IMG/VR virus record: IMGVR_UViG_3300023235_000025 | Source: a virus | Length of the DNA stretch: 62,076 nt | Reading direction: 5' to 3' (one strand) | In this document: positions 19,301 to 28,476 of the stretch, in pieces | Layout of the letters: the number at the start of each line of letters is the position of its first letter | How positions within the stretch are numbered: position 1 is the first letter of the stretch | Translations under genes and position numbers: made by a program | Notes under the pieces: model-generated | Databases searched by the model: none | Told to the model about the DNA's origin: nothing | What the model saw: the letters and a program-made list of their open reading frames with translations, nothing else

Positions 19301-19889
19301 TATTCGCTATTGTTTTTGAGAAGATGTTAAGGAAAGACATTACTGGATTTACTTTTACCTTTTCTTCTGTGGGGTCAATCGTTTCTGTCTCACCTTTTAA
19401 TTCAGCAAGTTTTCGCTTCATGCCATCTAATACTTCAGGATCGTTTGAAACATTAAGGCCTTCCATTTGCCCCGTCTCGCTTGCGTTGGACACAATATCC
19501 ATAGCTTTGTCACGATCAATCTGCGCCCCTTGATATCCATACGTAGGAGGCTCTTCTATTCTTGGTTGCGCTTGCTGGTCAATTTCTCCTGAAAGAAAAG
19601 GATTTACTGTCTGAGCGGTTGGGGATGTTGGCTCTGGAGATATAATATCAGGTTCCTTAATACTAGACTGGGATTGAGTATTATTCGTAGATAAATCATA
19701 TAACCCTTTTATTTTTTCAATATCACCTGTATTTAATGGTTTACCCTTGTATTTTAAGTGTATATCATTAATCATTGCGTCAATATCCTCTCCATAAAGT
19801 TCTTTTACAGTAGAAATATCAGATCGAGAAATACCTTTGTCAGCATATTTCTTGTACATATCAATTATTAACTGGTCTTGTTCTTCCAT
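13338..19889 (-). CDS. Giant virion protein (2183 aa), putative internal/ejection protein
   Basis: Uninterrupted 6.5-kb ORF at the end of the structural block. Lys/Glu-rich, with an internal 87-aa tandem duplication and hydrophobic segments near the C-terminus. No catalytic motif recognised. Confidence 0.8.
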   Translation of the reverse strand: MEEQDQLIIDMYKKYADKGISRSDISTVKELYGEDIDAMINDIHLKYKGKPLNTGDIEKIKGLYDLSTNNTQSQSSIKEPDIISPEPTSPTAQTVNPFLSGEIDQQAQPRIEEPPTYGYQGAQIDRDKAMDIVSNASETGQMEGLNVSNDPEVLDGMKRKLAELKGETETIDPTEEKVKVNPVMSFLNIFSKTIANTPADILEAWAIASAFTERQLANVPVIGKPANKELKASDIGTFKIADDWRKFTEELYPVNEGDEQTFGGGVVAGLGQIVPMVLTGGQSGTAQLVKTALIKGTKLTPYIKAGKEVLSRVGSKQGLIGGSQMAAPMYKEAIESGATEDEALQYAIENFIVGSVMESLPVQSMFSRIKKIEPGAKILSVVKDGAVGFTEEAVTEMWQATFANMSAQRIYDFNREILDGVGEEGAIGGTVGFLMNTAMSALTKRRGNFSGANKDIIDKSIKELESKIKSIDQNNESLKESVENLENTSVITLQVNESEMDFIEMPDGTIEAVEEGMSEAEANSKVDALSEKYPNMEFSIVDNTNKSDPYAETGYFVVAKKKEAKKESVENLENTSVKKLQVNESEMDFIENPDGTIEAVEEGMSEAEANSKVDALSEKYPNMEFSIVDNTNKSDPYAETDYSVVAKKKEITKEDEPIIEPENEAKPADSQDGEGKELPVNENGGEKSDVEGVSEQVQVDKPSDEQQYEEAINGDLVTFTYNKEDEIPDVFKDRVSSRGTNDKGEEIIRVTVPKSLADYELKNQEKQEVKQSKQSKDEQIPEPEVPQKEPKEKVKIEIIPEKTEEVIPEETKIEKEDARPKIGFTLFGEFIEGRLNEDGSVESPDRGRYPAAMVDNIVELTDSKNTKTEKTQPKKKDLSKKSKEIKEEITNLFSDFFDAGKNNLTSGGVSPDQLAIAGKIIVKAGKLGINTFEQLVEWIRDNIGSEKLIENFDAIKSSYIYNLSKSNPNNESIEGISKFRLSETKKDTKGIPLKSRKKEAKPLSIKQQIKESTEGKPSKEKDTSVNEYNEMKKDLRSRVKAAKEGFKEGVKVASKKAKDKSDKVQAMKNIVTKFVKDDIKDTPLDDFTKSEINKIVTELNKAKTERSVNKAIDAIFDVIAKSGTRKRLKGARSKIATAKNNVKKGRIGTLSPNSPLDRMLKLNPKIVPNEVFNEYESILNEIGERKSNLNLSEKALLNTRVNKVMDAISDQNSRVSDLALTYEGFDNKQYTKSGKESFEKTVDQMVKDGEIDQEDADFMKLMKDDIFSPEVSSTPDQDIAEARRETLSKKNALDVKGSNQYEYSIIKFLKSITPSDLDSLSYREIQHLGQIIDNVSNGFYTHSAENMRQKVEGVRSGKKIKDVIFDAKSRWMDFISATKAGIKNAISPGSTSTIKEKVKRNPTPYIDQTIGNFKNTSVYRSTFRKIGRAFSSFEQEVNTITERLIKAESLIPESKQFEVRAKLMMIAVQREFMSTPDGKTHSAKEWMDATVEDKDSIYTKESKDKIESIFNESATEGEFDLKKAIASLSQDEKKVLKILEGVNNGLKPKADHTATIIRGNRVPIYENYIHVPLAVKGGLREGPDIKELNRTGVRVSTKGGSLIERSGKAHAISFDIFDNVISGARKTLLDYHMTPADREVKKTMSYLKKEASTESEIDNVASINGVYNEVMESVFADILGNKHLLDQISEEAIRKGYQSMLGGLGRSASEMTSNAVFAMIYKGDETMRGIEMAGEMSLSDMSKAATNLGTTQSTRLFDYTGMSGKHIDFSGSSMKEINKVTSYNETIKELLSKLKNDPTYKLSDNIGPILQKKAGQAFKGVKDNAVYKTVDNIQSFLLSKPDQLIARPMWFGSFSTEFEKITGKKPDMDKIANNDLDYMNDNSDALNESVAVADDVMIEAVASSNPFDGIPRNHIGRSKNWITPFYKAFNGFMTKFPTYEYNSALRATYSLVDNGMLSKPDAIKLLAALSARLVTYSVMTGTLLNFAYRGIVSVLGYEMEDEEEQSLASKEYWTKQALTIVAMLSVNRNLGNFSKVPINYAVEKLNKKYGEGITYEGDYDGFGDNIVYPLIPIEQTSSKSVFQASLENASGPLSPLVKTVARAGTAIKRATDEKSKETTREKYRNELLHRTPLEVFGNMGYIPFYKDIRAIQLKIMYETMEKADKVSKDAYTPSINIGTKKKE
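17940..18457. repeat. Tandem duplication, 2 x 261 bp, inside the giant gene
   Basis: The unit starting ttcttttttctttgcgacaac recurs at 17940 and 18201. Shadow ORFs 17992.. and 18253.. have near-identical translations. Confidence 0.9.
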
Positions 19890-19894
19890 TTTAT

Positions 19895-21451
19895 TTACGG
19901 TAATTTATTTATTCTATCAGACGCCTTTTCGAGTGGTTCTGTAACAGGTGAAACTGGACTTTTGGATTGTCCAGATACTCTAGTGTTCTCTAATTGCTTA
20001 TATATTTTAATTAAATCATCATCATTCTCACTTGTATCTATGTCCATTCCATCGTCTTCCCATATAGTCGACCCATCATCATTTCCTCCTTTCACTTGGT
20101 ATTTAATACCTGTGATATCAGGCACATTTTCCTGTTCAGCAAACTTAGATTTTACAATATTATATACCTCTTCGGATTCAAGGTCTTTTTTCCAAGGATT
20201 TCCCCAGGTAAGTGGATTAATCCCCTTCCAGTCTTTATTTGGAGCGCTATCAATAGGAACCTCTAATCCTTCCATGTATTCTTTTTTCTTTTCATCAGTC
20301 AGAGACTTCCAATTCTCAAGGCTAGACATGTCTTTTATAGCTGGATTTTTTACCCATTCAATATTTCTAAGATTTCCTCCTGGTGTTTCAAAATCACTCA
20401 GTATAACACCTCTTCCGCTATCATAGTCGCTTTTGAATTTCGAATACCTGTCATCCGTTGTTTCCTCAGTTTCGCCACTATTTTTATTTGCGTATCTCTC
20501 CTCTCTTGATGCTGAAATATTTAATCTTTGCTGATCCGCTTGATTTTTAATTTGATCTTGATTTATGTCGTAAGCAGATCTGATTGTTGATGTTTTTACA
20601 TTGTTTCCGAAAGAGAGCCTTAGAGCGTCTTTCATAGCTTTCTGATATCCTATATCTGTAGGGTCATTAGGGTATCTCTCTTCTTTAACTTTAGACACAT
20701 ACCTAAGAAGCCCTTGTCCGAGTGATCCTGACATTAACTCTTTAACATCTTCCATGGACACTTGTATATTTGGGGACCCATCTTCTAATAAGGGATTATC
20801 TCTACGTATGTACCTATTATATACAATCTCCCTATTTTTAAGGCTCCCATCTTTTCCTGTGAATTGAATATTATCCGTTCCATCACTAGGTACTGCCTTG
20901 CCATAATTTTGCATTATAGCTAATGGACTCTCAAAATTCTCAACAACATGGTCTATTAATGATGTAGAGTTTTTACTGATCAAAAAGTCGGGGTTATTAG
21001 CCATCCCGTACATGTATTTTAACGCTTCGTTTTTATCGGGTATGTTTTGGTTGTCTTTTATAAAATCGGCTCCTGTTTTTAACTCTTCCCTTCTCATGTC
21101 GGCATTTCCCATCCCCGCTTTTATTCTACCAATTCTCTGAGATAATCCTTGTGCAAATTCAGGATCATTTGAGTTAACCCCTGATTTATACTGATCCTTA
21201 ATCCAATCTCTAGTAGAAGTTACAGCCTCCTGCATTATTCCTGCGTAATTCTCCTGCAACTCGGAATCCATTTCTCCAAGGTTAGCATACATCTCAGAGA
21301 AATTAGTCTGCTCCTGCCTAAGCCTGTCAGACTCATTAGTCATCATCTTAGCAACACCGTCACCAATAGAAGACATCGTTTCTCTTATTTGGTCTGACGG
21401 GTTAGATATCCTCCCTATAGGTGCGTCAAAAATCTTATTTGAAATAGCCAT
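19895..21451 (-). CDS. Virion-associated protein, unknown function
   Basis: 518-aa ORF in the structural block. Confidence 0.6.
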   Translation of the reverse strand: MAISNKIFDAPIGRISNPSDQIRETMSSIGDGVAKMMTNESDRLRQEQTNFSEMYANLGEMDSELQENYAGIMQEAVTSTRDWIKDQYKSGVNSNDPEFAQGLSQRIGRIKAGMGNADMRREELKTGADFIKDNQNIPDKNEALKYMYGMANNPDFLISKNSTSLIDHVVENFESPLAIMQNYGKAVPSDGTDNIQFTGKDGSLKNREIVYNRYIRRDNPLLEDGSPNIQVSMEDVKELMSGSLGQGLLRYVSKVKEERYPNDPTDIGYQKAMKDALRLSFGNNVKTSTIRSAYDINQDQIKNQADQQRLNISASREERYANKNSGETEETTDDRYSKFKSDYDSGRGVILSDFETPGGNLRNIEWVKNPAIKDMSSLENWKSLTDEKKKEYMEGLEVPIDSAPNKDWKGINPLTWGNPWKKDLESEEVYNIVKSKFAEQENVPDITGIKYQVKGGNDDGSTIWEDDGMDIDTSENDDDLIKIYKQLENTRVSGQSKSPVSPVTEPLEKASDRINKLP

Positions 21452-21474
21452 AATTTTAATTTAATCTTCGGGCG

Positions 21475-22152
21475 TTAGGACTTCTGGAATATTTTTCCAA
21501 AAATAGATTGTCCAGAAGCTCCGGTAGGCGCTCCCATTATTGACGTTGCGGTACTAACTATTCCATCACCGAACGCAGCCCACGAGTCTCTTGACGCTTG
21601 CTTTGTCTCTCTTGCGGCAGCCTCGTATTGTCTTTTGTCTGATTCCTTTTGGAGATATGGTTGCATTTTGTTTGTGTCGAATTCTTGGTCTTTATATCCG
21701 GCCATATCCATAAGTGCGCTTTGGAACGACCCAAATTGACTCTGTTTGAATTGGTCGTTTTGGTTATTGATCTCGTTAATATTCTTAGATTGATTAACGC
21801 CTCCCTGAGCTATTGCTTGGAGTAAGGCTGATCCTGACCCTACGCTTCTTGCTGAGTCCACCATAGAAGCAGTATTACCGTATGCTTGGTCTATGGATCT
21901 GTCATACCCAGGGGCATCCCCCTGAGCCATGTTTTGAGCATTCTCTAAGTATGCCTTAACCTCGGGAGGCATGTTATAATTTGGCCTGACCGCATTTATG
22001 GAGTCTGCTTTTCGCTGCAATCCTTTAGCGTCCTTGCTGGTACCGATAGCCGAAATAAGGCTCCCTATAAAGGCTATATCATAGTCATAGCCAATTAGCT
22101 CTGGAAGGCATCCAAAAAAGACTATGTATCCAAGTAATATTAAATATCTCAT
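21475..22152 (-). CDS. Virion-associated protein with hydrophobic N-terminus, Q/N/S/A/G-rich
   Basis: 225-aa ORF. N-terminus MRYLILLGYIVFFGC. Confidence 0.6.
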   Translation of the reverse strand: MRYLILLGYIVFFGCLPELIGYDYDIAFIGSLISAIGTSKDAKGLQRKADSINAVRPNYNMPPEVKAYLENAQNMAQGDAPGYDRSIDQAYGNTASMVDSARSVGSGSALLQAIAQGGVNQSKNINEINNQNDQFKQSQFGSFQSALMDMAGYKDQEFDTNKMQPYLQKESDKRQYEAAARETKQASRDSWAAFGDGIVSTATSIMGAPTGASGQSIFGKIFQKS

Positions 22153-25100
22153 TTTTGTCCTAGGCTTAAGGTTTCGTTTATGTTTATGTATTCAATTCCA
22201 GTTTTAAATATTACTCTAAAGTTATGAATATCTGAACGTATTTCATAACCGTTGAGTAACCCACCCTCTGAATTCTCATCTCTCATTATGTGAGCATAAG
22301 CCACAGATTCAAGAACATCAAAATCCCCAGATTCTAAAGTGGTCATTTGTCCTTCTGGATTTGTTATGACGACTGATAGGGATTCTCTTATTTTTTGCTT
22401 GCTAAATTCCCACTCAAAAGTGTCCTCTGTCATGAATATTGCCATATTATTCAGGAGGGATTTTGACGGATATGTTATAGGGAATGATATTTCAGCGCTG
22501 TATTCTGCTCCGTAATAAGAGTGTCCGTTCCCGTTAGATCTATATGGCGTCCCTTGATAAAAGGTTATCATGTACTCATCTATTATAGATGAGGATTCTG
22601 GGATAAACTCGTACTCACCTCTCCATTGTCCTGACTCTTCATTTATCCCAATAGATGAGTCGGTAAATCCGACAAATAGCATTTCATGCCATGGGTCATA
22701 ACATGTCCGGGGGTTATTCTTACCAAAGAATAGGGCTTTATTCCCCAGATCACTAATAGGTCTTACTCCATTAAAATCATACCTGACCATCTTTTTAGAG
22801 CTTTCATCCCACCACCACGCTCTCCCTTCGTGGGTTTGGAACGTCCATGGGTGCTTAGTTCCAAACCCTCCTCTCAGTGGATTTATAGTGCCTATTACAT
22901 CTGAGGACTGACTTAGAATTTCAGTTCCAGCATTATCGGTTATCATCCTTTCATTCACGTAAAGGGATAGTGCCTCATGCTCACACACCGCTAATAGTAT
23001 AGACCCCTCTCCGCTTGTTTTTGATATTTGCCTTATAATGTTTACAGGACCATTTTCAATAGGTATCTGAGCCTCGTCTCCATAGTCAAAGCTAGACGTT
23101 CCATTTATGAGCGTTCCTTGAATATACTTGTTCGACCAGCGTATAAAGTTTTTCTTTTCCGTTTTACCTACTCCTAAAACAGCGTTTGGCCTCCCTAAAT
23201 CTTTAACCCACTCTGAATTATCAACATTAGTGGCTTCTATCGATATTACTATAGGGGTAGATTCTATCTCGTTAGTGTCAAAAACACCTAGAGTCACATT
23301 CCTACTGTCTGGGTAATCATATGTTTCAGTTTCTATAACCGTAACATCCCCATCTAAAAACCCGCTAGTAGTTTCAAACGCCCTGCCATCGGTAGATGGA
23401 TTTAAAATCAAGAATTCCTCCGAGACTTCATAGAATATGTTACCACTGACTTCTTCTCCATTTACAACCGCTGAAGGTTGCTCTGTTCTGTTTCTATATA
23501 TTTCATAAAAAAACCTTTTTGGATAAGGCTCAGAACCACCTTGTATAGCTATATTATTAATGGATTGAGCTCTTATTTTCGACCCCACTGATGATATTAT
23601 AGGCAACGATATTACCCCATGTATTGTTTCCATATCAATAAAATCCCCTTGAGTGAAATTATACCTCTCACCAGACTTTATACTTCCAGATATGTCTATC
23701 TCTATGAATTCAGAGTTTGGAGTATAAACTCTTGAAAATTTCTCTTCGCCATTATCCATATATCCCCAATACACATCAGAGGTTCGCCCTTGTAAGAAAG
23801 AAATGATGGATAAATTATCTGTCCGTACTATTTGGAAGGTTTTCGCCCACACAGGGATGGGGTCACTTGGTGACAGTTCCCACCGAAGATATTGTATCTC
23901 ATTGTTCCTAAAATCATCACCAATGGTAACAATACAATTATTATTAGTATACACCCCTTGATTTCTCAATATACCATCATAAAATACAATCCCTATTTGG
24001 TATTGAGACTTAAATTTAAACTTTCTATTACCTACCGATGGGGAGTATTCTAACGTAAGGATTAAATAATGATCAGGCTCAGCCCTGTCTATATCTCCGT
24101 TATCGTAATTTTCTTCATCTGTAGGGTCTAAATATGCAAGGTCGTTAATTGTTAGGAAATCAGACTGAAGTATAGATAAATCAGTCTCGGTGCCAGTGTA
24201 TTCGGACGGTGTAAAACTATGTACCACACCATTTACATAGGTGGTTATATCTCCATCACAAAGAAAATAATAATTTGTGCCCGTTTTTACGTAATATTTT
24301 TCAGTTACCGTTCTAATCAATATAGGGAACTCCTCGGTTCCGGTCTGATCGGAAACATCTCCAATCCACTTCCATACTTGTGCGTACTCAGGTTCAGGCG
24401 TGACGTCCTCAGTGCTTAGTGATGCTTTTAACCCATGAACATCATACTGATCATACCCTTCTGAATTGTTGGCCAAGAACACCCTGTCGTTACTGACTGA
24501 TAATGATTTTGATGTTAAAGGGATGTTTTCAAAAGGTTTCCCATATTCCCTCTCGCTAATAGCTCTCCCCGTCAGTCCTTTAAACACGAAGCTTTCAGAT
24601 TCAAAATCTTCCCGTGTAAATGATTTAACTATTCTCCATGATAATTCCTCGTTGCTCCTGGCGAGTATTTCTACTCTCTGAACATAGGAAGGGACACTCT
24701 CCCTATTGTCAATGTTTATTTTTATAGATGTTGTAAAAGGGCTTTGACTAGAGCAGTACACGGCCTTGGTATAAGAGGCTATTACACTAACTTGATTGTT
24801 TAAATAAACGTACCTATAAGAGAAGTAAAAACCTTTCCCTGACAAATTAGAAAAGTCTATAGACTCTTTATTACTTGTGGTTAATAAAGAAAATAACGGA
24901 GCTGGCTTTGCTAAATTAACATCCTCGTCAGATGTCGATGTGTATTCCCTGTTTACGTCAATACATCTAATATTATTTACATTATCAGTGAAATAAAGTA
25001 GATTTTCAATTATTCCCCCATTTACCCACTCTCCAAACTGAAAATCGTACTCTAAAAGCATTGATTTTTCATTTGTGGATAGATTGTAAACCCATATTTG

Positions 25101-25340
25101 GTCTATCTCTGCCTTATTGAAGTAGTAGACTTTTCTACTTGCCTTATCTTCTATAGCACCAACGGTTGTTTGGTTTTGTATTTCTCCTATACGGTCAAAT
25201 CCATCGTACCTCCTTAATAATCCAGCATCTCCGGTCTTTGAAGTGTTGATGTAGATGTTTTTAGCACCAGAATAATCCCCTTCCTGAAGAGACTTAGGGT
25301 GTGCGTCCGTATTTAGTTGGCCTGAAAATACCTTTCTCAT
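22149..25340 (-). CDS. Large structural protein (1063 aa), putative tail/nozzle component
   Basis: Long ORF with ATGA overlaps to both neighbours. The call is by position only. Confidence 0.65.
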   Translation of the reverse strand: MRKVFSGQLNTDAHPKSLQEGDYSGAKNIYINTSKTGDAGLLRRYDGFDRIGEIQNQTTVGAIEDKASRKVYYFNKAEIDQIWVYNLSTNEKSMLLEYDFQFGEWVNGGIIENLLYFTDNVNNIRCIDVNREYTSTSDEDVNLAKPAPLFSLLTTSNKESIDFSNLSGKGFYFSYRYVYLNNQVSVIASYTKAVYCSSQSPFTTSIKINIDNRESVPSYVQRVEILARSNEELSWRIVKSFTREDFESESFVFKGLTGRAISEREYGKPFENIPLTSKSLSVSNDRVFLANNSEGYDQYDVHGLKASLSTEDVTPEPEYAQVWKWIGDVSDQTGTEEFPILIRTVTEKYYVKTGTNYYFLCDGDITTYVNGVVHSFTPSEYTGTETDLSILQSDFLTINDLAYLDPTDEENYDNGDIDRAEPDHYLILTLEYSPSVGNRKFKFKSQYQIGIVFYDGILRNQGVYTNNNCIVTIGDDFRNNEIQYLRWELSPSDPIPVWAKTFQIVRTDNLSIISFLQGRTSDVYWGYMDNGEEKFSRVYTPNSEFIEIDISGSIKSGERYNFTQGDFIDMETIHGVISLPIISSVGSKIRAQSINNIAIQGGSEPYPKRFFYEIYRNRTEQPSAVVNGEEVSGNIFYEVSEEFLILNPSTDGRAFETTSGFLDGDVTVIETETYDYPDSRNVTLGVFDTNEIESTPIVISIEATNVDNSEWVKDLGRPNAVLGVGKTEKKNFIRWSNKYIQGTLINGTSSFDYGDEAQIPIENGPVNIIRQISKTSGEGSILLAVCEHEALSLYVNERMITDNAGTEILSQSSDVIGTINPLRGGFGTKHPWTFQTHEGRAWWWDESSKKMVRYDFNGVRPISDLGNKALFFGKNNPRTCYDPWHEMLFVGFTDSSIGINEESGQWRGEYEFIPESSSIIDEYMITFYQGTPYRSNGNGHSYYGAEYSAEISFPITYPSKSLLNNMAIFMTEDTFEWEFSKQKIRESLSVVITNPEGQMTTLESGDFDVLESVAYAHIMRDENSEGGLLNGYEIRSDIHNFRVIFKTGIEYININETLSLGQK

Positions 25341-26077
25341 TAATTTTTATATGTAAGGACATTGTTTTTCCTAACTATCTCCATATAGTCTTCATAACTA
25401 AATCCGTGTATAGCCCCGTATAAGGCCGCCTTTGCGTCATAATAATCTTTTCTACCAGATCGCTTCTCATAAATACCTCTGTTCATGTCTGGGAATTTCC
25501 AGTCTATCCACAACTTAAGCGCCTCCTCTGCCCATGGATGAATCATATTCACATCAGACATACTGGTTCCGTTGGTTGTGTATAACACGAGTATGCAGCC
25601 TATATCTACCCTTGAGTCTAGCTGAATTCTATTTCCTATAACTTGATAATTGTACGGCTGTGAAACAGGCTTCCCAAATGATCTCGTTACGTAATTGTAG
25701 TGATACCCTATGTCATAGTATTCTGTTGTTGGCCTAGGGTTTCTTTTTACAGCATCTCCGTTAACGAACTTTTGAAGAGGGTTCATGTTGTCGACATTAG
25801 CCATTGGGAGTATCATATCGCCCGATTCAATACATACTTTGTTGACTTTTATACACCCATTTGGTAGATACACAGAATTAGTTTCATCGACAGTTATCTC
25901 TAAAGCCTTGTAATTCGATCCGATATTTATTTCTTTCGCTAAATCACGGACACCGGACAGCGCAACAGACAACACTCTCACATAGTCATGCCAAACCATA
26001 CCTCTCTCGTGGAGGTACATTCTGATTAAAGAATCTACCGTGAGTAAACTGTTATTATTAGCGCTTATATCTGTCAT
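25340..26077 (-). CDS. Structural protein, unknown function
   Basis: 245-aa ORF. Confidence 0.6.
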   Translation of the reverse strand: MTDISANNNSLLTVDSLIRMYLHERGMVWHDYVRVLSVALSGVRDLAKEINIGSNYKALEITVDETNSVYLPNGCIKVNKVCIESGDMILPMANVDNMNPLQKFVNGDAVKRNPRPTTEYYDIGYHYNYVTRSFGKPVSQPYNYQVIGNRIQLDSRVDIGCILVLYTTNGTSMSDVNMIHPWAEEALKLWIDWKFPDMNRGIYEKRSGRKDYYDAKAALYGAIHGFSYEDYMEIVRKNNVLTYKN

Positions 26078-26217
26078 GATATCGTTATATAAAACCCAGG
26101 ATGGCTAATGAAAGCAATATATCCGTTAGATCTGGTTGATGATAAAGAATCCGCCTCATCAATAGAGATACCGCCTTCCGTTAGTAGCCTTTCAATTATT
26201 TTATCTCTCTCGCTCAT
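26074..26217 (-). CDS. Small hypothetical protein (47 aa)
   Basis: ORF below the track cutoff that fills the 26078-26200 gap. ATGA overlap with the downstream gene. Confidence 0.35.
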   Translation of the reverse strand: MSERDKIIERLLTEGGISIDEADSLSSTRSNGYIAFISHPGFYITIS

Positions 26218-26809
26218 TGGTTATTGTCTTTTCATTTTTAGAATTCAATTCTGCCTGGGACAATGTTCCCATTCCTAATAGGTTAAAAACTCCTTCAATT
26301 ACCCTAACCTCCATATCTCTAGGCACTGGCAATGGCTGATCTCCAGAAACTTTATTTGGGTCGTTAACGATTAGTTTTGCTACAATATTATCGGGGACTT
26401 TTTTTGTAAATCGAATTTTTAATCCCTCTACATAATACCCTACTTGACCCTCTAAAAACTCCGTAAACGTTCCTTGTATAATATCAAAATCCCCAGTCCG
26501 GATAGGTACGTATGGTTTTAATGGGCACCCCTCAGCATACACCCTATGCACCCCTCTTCCGTTAGGTAAAGCTATGGGGTAAATCGGCATATCCACATAG
26601 TACGTATCATCTTTTGCCCTAGTCATTAGGTAAGACCCTATAGCGGCATCTGCGTCTATACCGTTAGCGTACTCCATCTTGAACAGTGTATTAATCACCT
26701 GTGATATATGAAGCTTTACCTCACGATCATCAAGCTTTTTATTATCCTTATCCAAGAACCTAGAATAAAGCCTGTTTATTTGTTCTGTTAGTATATTAAG
26801 AGTTACCAT
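26201..26809 (-). CDS. Structural protein, unknown function
   Basis: 202-aa ORF. Confidence 0.6.
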   Translation of the reverse strand: MVTLNILTEQINRLYSRFLDKDNKKLDDREVKLHISQVINTLFKMEYANGIDADAAIGSYLMTRAKDDTYYVDMPIYPIALPNGRGVHRVYAEGCPLKPYVPIRTGDFDIIQGTFTEFLEGQVGYYVEGLKIRFTKKVPDNIVAKLIVNDPNKVSGDQPLPVPRDMEVRVIEGVFNLLGMGTLSQAELNSKNEKTITNERER

Positions 26810-27440
26810 TTTTTATCGCTTCTTCTGAAAGTAAGTTCTGCGCCTCTAAAGATACACCAAAATAAACAAGTGCCCGAGACACTATCTCACTCAACACTCC
26901 TTCATTGCAATCTACCTCTACGGAATTTTCTTCGTCAAAAACTATACTCCGATTATCTGGGGAGTTGTATGAGAATAGGCAGTTATTTACCGTCCTGTAA
27001 TAGCTAAAAATGAAATTTCCCTGAGACGGGAGTATCTCAATTACGCCATTAGGATAGGTCTCCGATGTCCCTAGCAATCTTGCTATTGGATGAATTGTGT
27101 CGGGAGGTGTAATATAGCTATTTCTCCTGTCTGTAAATTCTTGCTCTTTGAGAATATCCCCTTCATAGGTGTTGCCGTCTGCTAAAGAGTAAATATTTAT
27201 CTCTTTAAGAAAGTTTGGAGGCAACCCGTACTCATTAGACGAAGGATTACTGTATGATTGTCTTGAGATATACCTAGACAAAGGCTGATTATTAGCGTTT
27301 CCTTTAGGGCTAAGCAGGAAAAGGACATGGTCGTTGATAGACCTGTTCAGGTTCATGTCTATGTCTTCTGGAGACACATAAGACCCCTGAGACTTTCGTA
27401 TTGTTCCTCTTATTAATTTATGAGCCTTCTCTATTAGCAT
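26796..27440 (-). CDS. Structural protein, unknown function
   Basis: 214-aa ORF. Confidence 0.6.
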   Translation of the reverse strand: MLIEKAHKLIRGTIRKSQGSYVSPEDIDMNLNRSINDHVLFLLSPKGNANNQPLSRYISRQSYSNPSSNEYGLPPNFLKEINIYSLADGNTYEGDILKEQEFTDRRNSYITPPDTIHPIARLLGTSETYPNGVIEILPSQGNFIFSYYRTVNNCLFSYNSPDNRSIVFDEENSVEVDCNEGVLSEIVSRALVYFGVSLEAQNLLSEEAIKNGNS

Positions 27441-27444
27441 GGGA

Positions 27445-27855
27445 TTATTCCAAATTAATTACTGCAAAAACTTCTTCATCTTTTGTGTATGGCCTTACAT
27501 CTTGCCACGGGTACATCTTGAAAGATTCCCCTGGTTTATATTCGGTCTCTGGGTTATTTTCATCAAATATTGACCCTCCATAAACTATGCAATTCTTCAC
27601 TTTCTGCGTTAGCTTGTCCGAATAAGGAGTCGATCCCTTTGGAAACCTAATACATACTAACCTACCATTTAAGTGACATTGAATTAAAGGGCTTTTTTTA
27701 TCCCCTTTGATAATTGGAGCCCAAACACCTTCATGGATAACTAAAGATATTTCCTTTTCCGGATTATCTATCTTATTCCTAAATTGGAAAATAAGGTCAT
27801 TAGCTGCTAGAAATATTGGGTTTGGTTTACTATATATGAGATTAATTAACTCCAT
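27445..27855 (-). CDS. Structural-block protein, unknown function
   Basis: 136-aa ORF. Confidence 0.6.
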   Translation of the reverse strand: MELINLIYSKPNPIFLAANDLIFQFRNKIDNPEKEISLVIHEGVWAPIIKGDKKSPLIQCHLNGRLVCIRFPKGSTPYSDKLTQKVKNCIVYGGSIFDENNPETEYKPGESFKMYPWQDVRPYTKDEEVFAVINLE

Positions 27856-28075
27856 TTAACATGTCTTTTATTTCTTGTAAGGTTTTTTTTATTTCCGTGT
27901 TGTTGTTTTTGTCTTGGTCAGACTGAAACTCATACTTCAATATAACAGAAATCACCTGTTTAGCAAGTTCGTTCTTTTCATTGTCGCATTTATCATACCT
28001 TTTGTAAAGAATATAGGTTATAACACCTAGTACACCTTGGGAGATAAGAAATTTTAATATTTCAACTGATTCCAT
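27842..28075 (-). CDS. Small single-pass membrane protein
   Basis: 77 aa. One hydrophobic helix (ILKFLISQGVLGVITYILY) followed by a charged tail. Confidence 0.5.
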   Translation of the reverse strand: MESVEILKFLISQGVLGVITYILYKRYDKCDNEKNELAKQVISVILKYEFQSDQDKNNNTEIKKTLQEIKDMLNGVN

Positions 28076-28140
28076 TTTTTGAAATTAATGTTAGTCGTAT
28101 TCTTTTGGTTTCATTATTTCTTTAGTAAAGATAGTGTTTT

Positions 28141-28476
28141 TTAACTTGTTCTGTCAATTCTTTGTTGTTCGGTTAATGTTCCGCTATAATACGCCATGGC
28201 TGTAACTGTGTCAGCACCCTCGTCTGCCTCATAATCTGTAACAGGAGTGAAAGACTCTGATCCAATATAAGCACCATCAATATAAGTTTTTAATGTCCCG
28301 GGACCCGGTTCAACATACTTTAGAATGTTTTCCCCGTTTCTAATTTCAAATAAGGAATAAGGTGTTGCAATATTAATTAATGCTGTTGCTGTGTAAATAG
28401 TGCCTGTTAGGGTTAAATCTGTCCCAATTAAGCTATAAACCTGATCTGTTAGACTACAAAAAGGAACGTTTACCAT
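28141..28476 (-). CDS. Structural-block protein
   Basis: 111-aa ORF. Confidence 0.55.
   Translation of the reverse strand: MVNVPFCSLTDQVYSLIGTDLTLTGTIYTATALINIATPYSLFEIRNGENILKYVEPGPGTLKTYIDGAYIGSESFTPVTDYEADEGADTVTAMAYYSGTLTEQQRIDRTS

Noticed and set aside
13338-19889. N4-like virion RNA polymerase or tape-measure assignment for the 2183-aa protein
   Set aside because: I recognised no polymerase motifs. There is no upstream chaperone pair with a slippery site, and no downstream distal-tail genes as expected for a tape measure. It is left as a generic internal virion protein.
13474-20426. Many plus-strand ORFs inside the giant minus-strand gene and its neighbour (for example 16276..16698, 17802..18152, 19878..20426)
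   Set aside because: These are shadow ORFs opposite long, uninterrupted structural genes. Their translations are low complexity (S/F/L/I-rich), and the pair 17992../18253.. merely mirrors the tandem duplication.
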